64,000 nt of DNA, from assembly GCA_951406725.2 (NCBI GenBank), contig OX597819.1:4960001-5024000 (forward strand). Direction: 5' to 3'. Position numbers and translations under genes: made by a program. Source of the stretch: Octopus vulgaris (taxonomy: Eukaryota). Each line of letters begins with the position of its first letter. Position 1 is the stretch's first letter. A model generated the notes under the pieces. It had not been told where the DNA came from. It saw only the letters and a program-made list of their open reading frames with translations, and searched no databases. This document shows positions 49,889 through 61,021 of this stretch, in pieces.

Positions 49889-52591
49889 CACACACACACA
49901 CATACATATATATACATGTATGTATATGTGCATATTCATATCTATTATATCAAAGTTAATGTCTTTATGTGTGTTCATGTGTTACTTATACATTCAAAAA
50001 CTGCTGCAGCGATCATAATGAAATTTGGAACACAAAATCCAAGCCTAGGGAGAAGGGTAATGCTGTGTGTTTCAAACAATTTCCAGGACCAAAATTACTG
50101 AATGGATCCTTATGATATTTGAAACTTAGATTCAATGCTTAAGGGCGTGTATAATGCAATATGTTTGGTTTGAATTTCAGATGGCTTAAAGGGGGCAGAA
50201 CCCCCCATGAAAATTCATAAATTTTCGATGTTGATGAAATTTCAACCATGGGTAATTGACACACATCATGAAGTATTTTCAAAGTTTCCACTTCACATGA
50301 GAATTCTAAGACACCCTAATGGGGGCCTTAACTCCCAAATTTTAGTAATTTCTTTTATGATCCAGAACTAGGTCAAAAGTACTGAATGGATCTTTACAAA
50401 ATTTGGAAATTATATTCTATGCATAATGGCCACAACACCCATGACAATTCCTATATTTTTGCTGTTGATGAAATTTTCACCATAGATATTAGACACAAAT
50501 GAAGTAATATTTATCTTATATATATATATACAGAGGTGGGCACTGTTAATTGAAAAGTTAGCTTCGTTAATCATTAAGCTGTTAATGTTAACTTTTATTG
50601 AAAACAATCATAACTGCAGTTTAATACTCCACCGACTTTGTTGCTTCTTAATTTCCAGAAAAATGGATACTTTTTTAACGAAATTTTCACCAAATAATCG
50701 TTTATATCCTGTAGATTGAGTGTATGTAAAGATTTATTGGAAAATATTTTCTGAGATGTTGGGGACAGGAGTTTCGCAAAATTTACAGGACCTGACATTT
50801 TCCCCCTCATAACTTTCTGGAAAATAGGTATTGTTTAATGAAATTTTACACAAATACCTTTCAAATGGTGTAGATTACGATGACAAAGGAATTTGTTGGC
50901 AAAATTTTTGGAAATGGCGGGAGTTTCTGGAAAGCAGAGTTTCGGTTCAGACAGCCCACTTAAGTTGGAATTTTTCAGTTTTGACAGGGATTTTTTCCAA
51001 TGTTTTTCACCAAGGCTTTCAGAATGATGGGAGGCATCTTTTCACAGAAAAAAATTTTTTAATTTTGAAAATTTTTTTTTTTCACTCCCACTACCTCTTA
51101 ACCACCCCAGTCTGAAACGATTTTGGCCATTTTTTTTTTTTTCTAAGCACTTAAAACCTGTGAGAGAAACATTTTCAGTTTAGAAAAAATTGTTAATAAT
51201 TTCAGAGGAAAATGTGTGATTTCAGGGAGTTCTAGCTGTTGTTTCTAGCACATCTTAAAACCTCCCTCCTCGTTTCTTTCTCACTCACACATCTATTGTT
51301 ATTTTTCAATATTTTTCTCCCCATAAACAAATTTTATGGAATGATGATGTCCAAGTAGCACGCGTGTAGTCCCAACTGAGTTATGTGTGTGTGTATGAAA
51401 AAAAAACCCCACTTAAAAGCATATTTAGTGTTCATATTACTGTCAAACGTAATGCTTATTTGTTCATGTTATTTTGAGTCATTCAGGTTCAAGAGGGGTC
51501 TCCACAATACTTGCTTGTAACTTTGTTAGTTTTTTACATACAGATTTGAAATTTTGTCAGTGGGTGCTTTATATACCATTGGTTTATAGTTATGTAATTT
51601 TAGCTGATCCTGTTGAGTAAATTTGACTTTTATGGGAAGGTAAATTTAATTATGTATATATATCCAGGCCTATTCCCCATTTTTTAGGAGGGGCTATCCA
51701 CAACAAGACACACACCAGGCATTCCATTCATTTCCCAGCTCAAAAAGGCAAGCCCTGTTCTATACTCTGGTCAATGCATAGAACACAACCCCCAATATCA
51801 ATAGAGGGGCCTGACAGCATATGCTGGTTTTGTACCTCTTTCAGCAACATCAAATTCACTCATTTGCCCACAAACACTCTCCAGGTTTTCCTATCATTTA
51901 TAAACTCTCTTACCTCTCTCACTCCAACACCTCTAACCACCCATATCCATATTTCTAAAAAGACAGCAAGTAAATTTAATTAACAGCTGTAAAAGCAATA
52001 ACATTATGGATAATCTTACCTGTTTGATAACAAAAATTTTGCCACTTTTCAAGAAGAGGTACTTTAATTTGAATTAATTAAAATACAGGTATAATCGGTA
52101 CAGATTTTATTCTTTCAGTAAATATTTTGTACCTTGGTTTGGAATAATTTTTTCCACTTTTTTTTCGGGTGCATTCAAACCCACCACAAGCCACATTTTT
52201 CTGGAAAAGAAAGGTGGGAGGGGTGGTGGGGACCTCGAAGTTTCTCACCAAGGGAGTTTTGTTTCACGGGTCCTTTTTTCTTTTCCAGGTTATTTTCAAC
52301 AAATGTGACAGTGAAATCACATGTAAATGGCTCCTTTTTCCAGAAAAGGAAAGATCTGCCTGCTATTTCTAGCATGCCCTGCTACCATGTAATAGCTATT
52401 TGGGTTATATTTGCATAATGATAGTAGGGATTAGAACTTTTTCTTACATTAGAGAATTCCTCATTTCCTTCAAAATGAATGTAAACTAAGTGTAATTTTT
52501 GTGGTACCACGAGTTTCAAGATTGGCTGACTGATGCAGTCGTTTGTAGTAGTGTGACTTACAAGAAGGTGGGAGTTAATTTTATAAACAAT

Positions 52592-52949
52592 ACTAAGCAC
52601 TATGACCTGGCAACACCGGGTCATAGTGCTAGTGCATGCATATACAGCTGCGTGCGTGCGCACATACTCGCGAGTACTGTGCAAATCTCCTACCAATCAC
52701 ATACAGCTAGCTGGCATTCAATTGGCGTATCAAGTTTCGGGCATTTTGATTGGGTTTTGGATAGAAAATTCACAAAAAGCCACTTCTATTGATTTTTTTG
52801 ACTGGGGAAATGTAAAGATGTGCACAACCACCCTTGGATGGTTTTGAATGACCATAGAAAGTGCGAGCCCTCTAACTGAAAAATTGTGGATTTGTATAAA
52901 GGACTCGCACACACACACACAGACATTTTGCCGTTTATATATAGAGAGA
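52592..52949 (-). mobile_element. Non-autonomous Helitron with long terminal palindrome
   Basis: ACTAAGCACTATGACCTGG-CAACA-CCGGGTCATAGTGCTAGT at the left; TTTATATATAGAGAGA|T at the right (5'-TC on minus). Confidence 0.72.
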
Positions 52950-53474
52950 TTTATTTTATGTACAGAAAAATGGCAAACCTCCAAGAGAGATGAATTCCTA
53001 ACTAAGTTTCAAATTTTCATTGTCTCTTCTAGTTATGGGATTGCCAAAGAAATCATTAAATCCTTCACGAGAGAAAAATTTAGAGTCTGAAAATTAGAGT
53101 GAAAGTTTTTCAGTTTCTCTTGTTTGTTTACCTTGAAATTTCTATAATTTGTGGCTTTTATAAAGAGACTGAAAGTGGAGAGAGTTAACCTATCACTGAA
53201 ATTATTTGAACAATAAATTACTCAGAGATAGGTGCAGACGTGGTTGGATGGTAAGAAGTTTGCTTCTCAACCTCATGGTCCCAAGTTCCCTAGGCCAACC
53301 AAAGCCTTGTGAATGGATTTGGTAGATAGAAACTGAAAGAAACCCATTTTACACACACATATATATGTAGTTATGGTACATTCCATTAGGCATGTGGCAG
53401 AGTACATCCCACCTCAGAATTACCCAATATCATCTGGTAGCATTATTATATACTTCCAGGCTTATGTCTGAGTA

Positions 53475-53751
53475 CGGTTCTATATTTAAGAGATGAGGAA
53501 TTATGTACATTATTTACATTCGATGGATATTTGTCCTCATCTTGTTTGTCGTTAACACAATGTTTCGGCTGATATACCCTCCAGCCTTCATCAGGCGTCT
53601 TGGGGAAATTTCGAACCTGGGTTCTCATTCCTAAGGTATTTTTCAATGTTGTTGCTATTATTATTATCATTCAGGTCACTGCCTGGAATCGAACTTGAAA
53701 TCTTGGGGTTAGTAGCCCGCGCTCTTAACTACTATGCCATATGCCCGTGTA
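53475..53751 (-). mobile_element. tRNA-headed SINE containing a minimal hammerhead-like motif, 13-bp TSD
   Basis: tRNA-like head 53746-53674 (A box TGGCATAGTAG, B box AGTTCGATTCC, anticodon arm GGG-CTACTAA-CCC); TSD TTATGTCTGAGTA (53462-53474, 53752-53764). Confidence 0.85.
53554..53599 (-). ncRNA. Minimal type-I hammerhead-like motif
   Basis: GACGC-CTGATGA-A-GGCTG gagggtatat CAGCC-GAAAC-ATT-GTGTT; stem I GACGC / GTGTT; stem III likely decayed from ACGT to ACAT. Confidence 0.7.
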
Positions 53752-53778
53752 TTATGTCTGAGTATTCGTCATGTGTGA

Positions 53779-53982
53779 ATATAAGATTGAAGAAATTTGA
53801 GTTAACAAGAAGGAGTATGGTTGGACAGTTATTTTTTAATTACTACAATTGTTTCCACCCAGCGTGGTTCTCCATAATCAAATACCTGTATTTTTGGAGA
53901 CAAACGTTGGGTGGAAACAATTGTAGTGATTAAAATACAACCGAGCTCCTTCTTGTCGACTCCAATTTCTTAAATTTATATA
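53779..53982. repeat. ~200-bp fold-back palindrome
   Basis: Arms ...AAGAAGGAG...TACTACAATTGTTTCCACCCAGCGT / ACGTTGGGTGGAAACAATTGTAGTG...CTCCTTCTT... Confidence 0.85.
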
Positions 53983-53988
53983 TATAAA

Positions 53989-54377
53989 CTAGCAGTATCG
54001 CCCGGGTTTGTAAGGGAAATAACTATATAAGCATTTTTAGAGATGTAAAGTATAATAGCCATCTCAATATGGCTAACCACAAAGGGGGGGGGTGTTACTG
54101 TAGCTTTTTACGTTCTGAGATTTAATAATAAATTTTTAGAGAGTTACTTCCCTTATATATGCCAAAAATGCATTAAAAATGGGGAAAATTGATGGTAAAT
54201 TTTTTTTAAAAATCGTAGACTCACCGTAGATGCGCGCTAATACCCAGAAGTGCTCGATATGAATCACGACTATAAGATACCCGGTTTTGGTTAAACTGCA
54301 CCGCAAAATGTGGGAGTAGTTAGGAATCTAAATCGTAGGAGACAGACAGCACACAACCTCTCTTTTATATATAAAGA
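53989..54377 (-). mobile_element. Non-autonomous Helitron (3' hairpin partly deleted)
   Basis: A|CTAGCAGTATCGCCCGGGTTTGT ... TTTTATATATAAAGA|T; same 3' terminus as 24643-25023. Confidence 0.82.
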
Positions 54378-55689
54378 TATGTATGTGTGTATGTGTCTTT
54401 GTAACTGCTTCTTTATCTTGACATCAAGTGACAGTTATAAAATGGGTGACTGAGATGCAAAGCACTGCTTTTCATTTCCAATATTCTGTGAAAACACGTC
54501 TGATCTTTGGGGAAATATTACGTCACTAAGAAACAGGTGAGAGTAGGCAGCAGGGAGAGCATCCGGCTGTAGAAAATCCGCCTCAGCAAATCGCGTCCGA
54601 TCCAGGCACGTTTAGAAAAGTGGACGTTAAAACGTCGATACTGACGTTTGAATAGGCAGCATCAAAAAGCTAAATAGAAATAATTAGTGAGTGAGAGAGG
54701 GAGAGAGAGAGGGGAGAGAGAGAACAAAATTAATCATCGATTATCATTTCAATTATTTTGGTAAGTACAAAAGACAATTCTGAGCATACTTCAGTCTTAG
54801 GATCTGACCAGTGAAACGTCAACTTCACCATATTTGAAAGTAATGGAATAACCACAATAATTTACTCTGGTTTATATTGCAGACTAGAACTGTTTAAAGA
54901 ATAAATTATTCAAAAAATTATTCATAAAGAATAAATTATTCAAAAACACCATCCACATGGAAAACAATAGTAAAGTTAATGTTGGAATTGAAGTTCAAAT
55001 CAAAATCACTAAAATTAAATTTTAAATTAAAGAAATAAAATTTATTTTATTTTTAGCGAATTTTAAAGATTCGAGTTGAAATTTCAACTGATACTATTTT
55101 ATAAAAATATTGACTATTTTCTAATTGAAAAAAAAACCAACAAAAAAATTGAATTCAGCATCTAAAATAAATTTAAAAAAAACTGTTATATATCAAATAA
55201 CTAATGAAAATAAAAAATATATCTGATGCAAGAAGTTGGTACAACCGATTTTTGTTATAAGTTATTTATTGAATGCAATCAAAAGCTTACAACAGAATAT
55301 ACTCATCTTGTTTTAGCTAATAAAAGCAAATGAGAATTCTCAGAATGGAACATTTTTACTATAATAACTGCGATACAAGCACGTTATTCGTTTTTCATAT
55401 GTTGTTACTTTCAAATAATAACTTCACCTGAGTTTTAGATGAAATTTTTTTTTTTTTTTACCTTTTGGTTCATATTTTTAGAGCAACTAAAAAAAGTTAT
55501 TCTTTGCGTTTTAGTTTTTGAATTGCTTCTAAATATATATATTTCCCTAAATCTCAGGCAGCCTTGACAGTCAGCAAATGGTGAGATGTGAGAGAGTGAC
55601 AGTCTGTACGTAGTGAGATTTTTCACAACTGTATCAAATTATCTCAATCGATTTTTCAACTATAATAAACCCCAAATGCAATGAAGAGA

Positions 55690-55860
55690 ATTAGTGCGCG
55701 CTCGAATACGTTACAACCCGGTTAGGGTTACGAGCGTGACCGGAACGGAAGTGACGAAAGCAATGAGGTCAAATTTAGAAACATTTCATTCACAAACATT
55801 TGATAGTGTAACGCGCGAAGGCGACCAAGTCTTAGTATGTTAGTTCGGTAAAAGTAGGAA
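55690..55860. promoter_or_regulatory. CpG-rich, repeat-free promoter region
   Basis: Local CpG enrichment; tandem ETS cores CCGGAACGGAAGTGACG (55740-55756) including an ETS-CRE composite; ~350 bp upstream of an ATG exon. Confidence 0.6.
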
Positions 55861-56097
55861 AATCGAAAACACTGAGATATTTAGAGAAGAAACAAAGTCG
55901 ATAGTGAAAAGAAAAACACCTTAAACAATTGTATCTTCTTTCCGCTTTTCAAAGGATTAATTTTTTCGGGAGCTTTTCTTTTATTACATTTGAAGAAAAG
56001 CTGAAAAGCAGCTTTTGCTTTTGGGAGTTGACCGAAAGCAAACCCATCGAGCGTGAGTTTACGGTCAGTCGACGGAGGAGGCACGACTTGATTCAAA

Positions 56098-56113
56098 ATG
56101 GTTGACAGACTGG
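56098..56113 (+). CDS. PLEKHF2: Probable first coding exon (MVDRL + phase-1 intron) of a PH- and FYVE-domain protein, PLEKHF2/phafin-2-like; remaining exons not seen in the window
   Basis: CAAA-ATG GTT GAC AGA CTG G|GTGAGT: invertebrate Kozak context and a consensus donor. MVDRL(A/V) is the recalled conserved N-terminus of PLEKHF2/Rush hour. Only 5 codons, so the identity is tentative. Confidence 0.55.
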
Positions 56114-56383
56114 GTGAGTAAATAAAGTACTTTAACAGTTCAGCTTCTCTTTCTTTCTTTCTCTCTCTCTCTCTCTCTCCCGCGACACAAGAAATATGTG
56201 TTTATACGGATTTTAGTAGCACTTTACTGTGAAATGTAGAGCGAGATCAAACTTCTTCAAAGTATGGAAGTGGGATTTTTTAAAAGTAGTTTTGTGTCTT
56301 AGATTCTTGTTCCCACAAATATGTAAACAAATACACGCGCGCGCGCACTCCTATGTGCGTGTATATATATATATATGTATATG

Positions 56384-56473
<90 letters not shown>

Positions 56474-58187
56474 TTCTGTATACAAAGAAAAATAATTGGT
56501 CTACCGAGAAGGAAAAGGAGAATGATCACGAATTCAGAGTAAATTGTTCTGTGATATTTTTCTGATTCAGCCCAAAGATATCTAAAATACTCATAATAAC
56601 ATAGTGCCCTTAATTAACCACTACCTTAGTATACACAAACAATCCCTTTTTCTACTGACGATATAGAAATACAGAAAAAAAAAACTTTTAGCAAGTTATT
56701 AGTGTTTTTTTAACGACAGATTTTCCTTAATTACGCCAGGTTTTGTGTTTTAATGTTGCCTTAAGTTTTGTCTACAAAATCTAAAGGCCTCCAGTTCAAA
56801 TTAAATTGCAGATTATTGTATATATAAAAAAAAAGTTTAAATTATTTCCAATAATTATTTTTTTAACATCGTTAATTTTGAGATCGTTGTCAAATTCGCT
56901 CGGAATGTCTTCATTTTCTGGGGTCGTGTAGAGAAACATTCGTTTTTACTTACTGTTCGAGGGTTTAAAGCTGATAGCTAAAAGCGAATTAATACGGGTT
57001 GGGAATTGTACAATTGAATCTGAATACCCAGTCTTCAGCAATATTACAGCGATGAGGGTGATAGATTTTATTAAAGTTTTTATTTTTTAAGTAAATAGAA
57101 TGTAAGACGATAGTGTTGGTTGATTGTGCTGAAAATATGAGGGAGGTGTGGTTATCCTAAGGCGAGCGTAAAGAACATAAAAAGTTTTAGAACATCAGCT
57201 GATGGAGGTATTTCCCCACTGACTGTTCGTTACCTAATTTAAACGTCACAAGTTTCTGGCAAGTTTTTAATTATAATTTATAGAGAGCACTGGACTGCAG
57301 ATATTGTATTATTTGAACCAACGCTGCAGATAGTTGGGACAGTTCAAACCCTGCCCTCGCAATGTTTTATGGTTTTTTTAAAAATTCCGTCCGAATATGT
57401 CCTTTCCTCTACACAAGTGTATCCAAACACGCACACATACACTTAACTAAAGAATCCTGGTGGGTTTAATTAATATCCGTTATCTGAAAAAAAGAATATA
57501 GTTGTAGTTCGTAATTCTAAAAACAAATTTTCTGGGAGTTCAATCCTTGCCTAAGGATCCCCCCCAACCCCTCCAAAAACTTTCCTATTGTTGACGTATC
57601 GAAATGTACTCAAGATTAAAAACTCAATGATCCCGTATCATAATAACAATTTATATTTAATATAAACACGTAGAAATATATTTGTTAATTGCTTTATACC
57701 TCTCTCGTCATACTTAACTAGTTGTTGATGTGCATTAATTAATACAAGGCACACCAACGTCTGTGGAAGTAATGTAGGTGTATTGAAAATAAGTTATCAA
57801 GCAGCTAACAAGAAGTACTTGTTTGTAATTTGTAATGCGGAGGGAAAACATTTAAAAGTGAATTAAAACTTCCTCCTAAACACGTTTTTTTTTTTTCCCT
57901 GTTGCGACTAAGTCATTTGTTATTTGTAACCCACTTTTGTTTACGTGCACAAATCGTATATATTTCCTGCAAGGTTTGGCGAACCCAGTCTTAATTTCAC
58001 TACCCTCCATCTGACTCACACACACATTGCTAGCATGTCGTTTTTTGTTTCTTCGTCATCCGTAGTTATTTGCAGGTGTCAACACAACAATTTTCAGTTG
58101 GTAATCGTCTTCGTTATGGTGTTAATCCCCATGACGACAGGTGATTCAGAAATCTTACTCGAATTCTTCTCGTGTGCATGTGTATGC

Positions 58188-58269
58188 ATACATACATACC
58201 TACATACATACTTATCTATCTATCTACCTATCTATCCATACATAGATCTATCTATCTATCCATACATAG

Positions 58270-58334
<65 letters not shown>

Positions 58335-58562
58335 CCTATCTATCCATACATAGATCTATCTATCTACCTATCTATCCATACATAGATCTATCTATCTACC
58401 TATCTATCCATACATAGATCTATCTATCTATCTACCTATCTATCCATACATAGATCTACCTATATATCTATCTACCTATCTATCCATACATAGATCTACC
58501 TATATCTATCTATGTATCTATATATAGATCTACCTATGTATCTATCTTTCTACCTATCTATC
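58188..58562. repeat. (ATCT)n / GATA-type microsatellite with higher-order unit ATCTATCCATACATAG
   Basis: Direct inspection. Confidence 0.9.
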
Positions 58563-59589
58563 TCTCAGTAGGTAGGTAGGCCATTTGAGAAGCTATGAAT
58601 GAGTCATTATATTCTGATTTTTTATTATCTCCTACCTCAATCCTCCAAAGGCCAAATACATGTCATCAGTTGATTCGTTGTTTTAAACAACTACAATGTA
58701 GCCTTCATTTATATGCTGGTGTTCGCTCTAGAAGTTTTCTATGATACATACACATAAACATGATAAACCGAGAAAATGAGCTGATTACTCTAATAAATAC
58801 ACGTAAATAGATATTTGTGTCAACTTCAAATAAGTTTTCATTTTGTAAATAAAAATCATTTGGACGCAAAATTCTGCTAGAAAATGCGACATTCCACCCT
58901 CTGTATTTGAAGTGGCAGACTAAACTAAAGATAAAGAAATCCTTTTCATTTAGATTCTCAGTTCAAAACAATTTCTCTTAAGTCGCTAATGACTATAGAA
59001 AAAGATAGACATCACAACCGCTCAGTCACATAAAAATCTTAAACTTCACACATACGTTTGAGGCCTTATTTTATTAATTTAAAGTTATACATGTTAGTAA
59101 TACACTGCTGGTGGTCGTTTTGCTTTCCTTGAAAGTAATGATGTGAATGTGTCTCTGTATTCTACGTAATAGTTTAATCTATATGGTGACGACCTACTCT
59201 AATGATTGCTTTATATATATTTAATTGCTCATATGTTTCCATTATAAAACTTTGCTTTTTTAACACAATAAATGCAAATAACAAGAAACAAAAAATATTC
59301 GGTTTCATTTATACATAGAAAAAGAAACGTACATAGATCTAAAACACACTCAAACACTGCCCCTCCCTCTTTCTCTCTTCCTCCATATCTATTCATACAT
59401 GTGTGCGTGTGTATGTGTATATATATATACGTGTGTGTGTGGTATATATATGAAAACATCTAAGTGTTCATTCAATAGACTCTTGAGAAGAGTGTAGTGT
59501 CTGTTGTGTGATGAACTGTAATAGATAATAATCGGAATAATGGGTGAAGTTAGTCGAGAGACTGTTATAAGGATTAAGAAATATATTCT

Positions 59590-59978
59590 CTCTTTTACTT
59601 GTTTCAGTCATTTGACTGCGGCCATGCTGGAGCACCGCCTTTAGTCGAGCAAATCGACCCCGGGACTTATTCTTTGTAAGCCCAGTACTTATTCTATCAG
59701 TCTCTTTTGCCGAACTGCTAAGTAACGGGGACATAAACACACCAGCATCGGTTGTCAAGCAATGCTAGGGGGACAAACACAGACACACAAACATGTACAC
59801 ACACATACATATATACGACAGGCTTCTTTCAGTTTCCGTCTACCAAATCCACTCACAAGGCTTTGGTCGGTCCGGGGCTATAGCAGAAGACACTTGCCCA
59901 AGATGCCACGCAGTGGACTGAACCCGGAACCATGTGGTTGGTTAGCAAGCTACTTACCACACAGCCACTTCTGCGCCT
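59590..59978 (-). mobile_element. CORE-type SINE
   Basis: Near-identical to 6818-7195. Confidence 0.88.
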
Positions 59979-60162
59979 ATTAATTGTAAGAGAAATATAA
60001 ACAGATAAATATAAGATAGAGGGTATAAGATGGATAATAAAAAAAGAACATTAATAATATAAATAGGAAAATATAAGGGTATGAAATAAAGTTTTCTATA
60101 AAACTATTCAATGTTTAGCAGAACAGCTTGAGAAGAAAAGGCATAAAATAAGCGGTGATATA

Positions 60163-60560
60163 CTCTTTACTTGTTTCAGTCATTTGACTGCTGCCATGCT
60201 GGAGCACCGCCTTTGGTCGAGCACATCGACCCCAGGAATTATTCTTTGTAAGCCCAGTACTTATTTTATAGGTCTCTTTTTGCCGAACCGCTAAGTTACG
60301 GGGACGTAAACACACAACCATCGGTTGTCAAGCGATGTTGGTGGTGGTGTGGGGGGGGGGGGACAAATACAAACACACCGACACTATATATATATACTAC
60401 GGGCTTCTTTCAGTTTCCGTCTACCAAATCCACTCACAAGGCTTTGGTCGGCCCGGGGCTATAGCAGAAGACACTTGCCCAAGATGCCACGCAGTGGGAC
60501 TGAACCCGGAACCATGTGGTTGGTTAGCAAGCTACTTACAACACAGCCACTCCTGCGCCT
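60163..60560 (-). mobile_element. CORE-type SINE
   Basis: Near-identical to 6818-7195. Confidence 0.88.
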
Positions 60561-60644
60561 ATGTTGAGTTTTTTTTTTAACTAGTCGAACTTCGTTATTT
60601 CATATCTTGTGCCATTTTTCCATGAATCTCTTTCATTGGACCTT

Positions 60645-61021
60645 TTATTCTTTTACTTATCGCAGTCGTTTGAATGTGGCCATGCTGAAGCACCGCCTTT
60701 AGTCGAACAAATCCACCCCAGGACTTATTCTTTGTAAGCTTAGTACTTTCTCTATCAGCCTCTTTTGCCAAACCGCTAAGTTACGGGGACGCAAACACAC
60801 CAACATCAGATGTCAAGCGATGGTGGTGTTGGGGTACAAACACAGACACACAAATACATACATACATATAGATGTATATACAACGGGCTTCTTTCAGTTT
60901 CCATCTACCAAAACCACTCAGAAGGCTTTGGTCAGCTCAGAGCTATAGTAGAAGACACTTGCTCAAGGTGCCATGCAGTGGGAATAAACCCAGAACCATG
61001 TGGTTGGGAAGCAAGCTTCTT
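60645..61021 (-). mobile_element. CORE-type SINE interrupted in its tRNA-like head by ORF1-only retroelements
   Basis: Family match up to GGGAAGCAAGCTTCTT; the expected continuation ACCACACAGCC is replaced by foreign sequence. Confidence 0.85.

Noticed and set aside
50531-51114. Possible hAT-like element starting CAGAGGTGGGCAC
   Set aside because: No convincing matching right TIR or TSD found.
53674-53746. Possible genuine tRNA gene (anticodon ACT)
   Set aside because: The acceptor and T stems pair poorly and it sits inside a TSD-bounded unit; it is a SINE head.
58188-58562. Regularly recurring CCATACATAG units separated by variable spacers (CRISPR-like appearance)
   Set aside because: The spacers are ATCT microsatellite, the context is eukaryotic and there are no cas genes.
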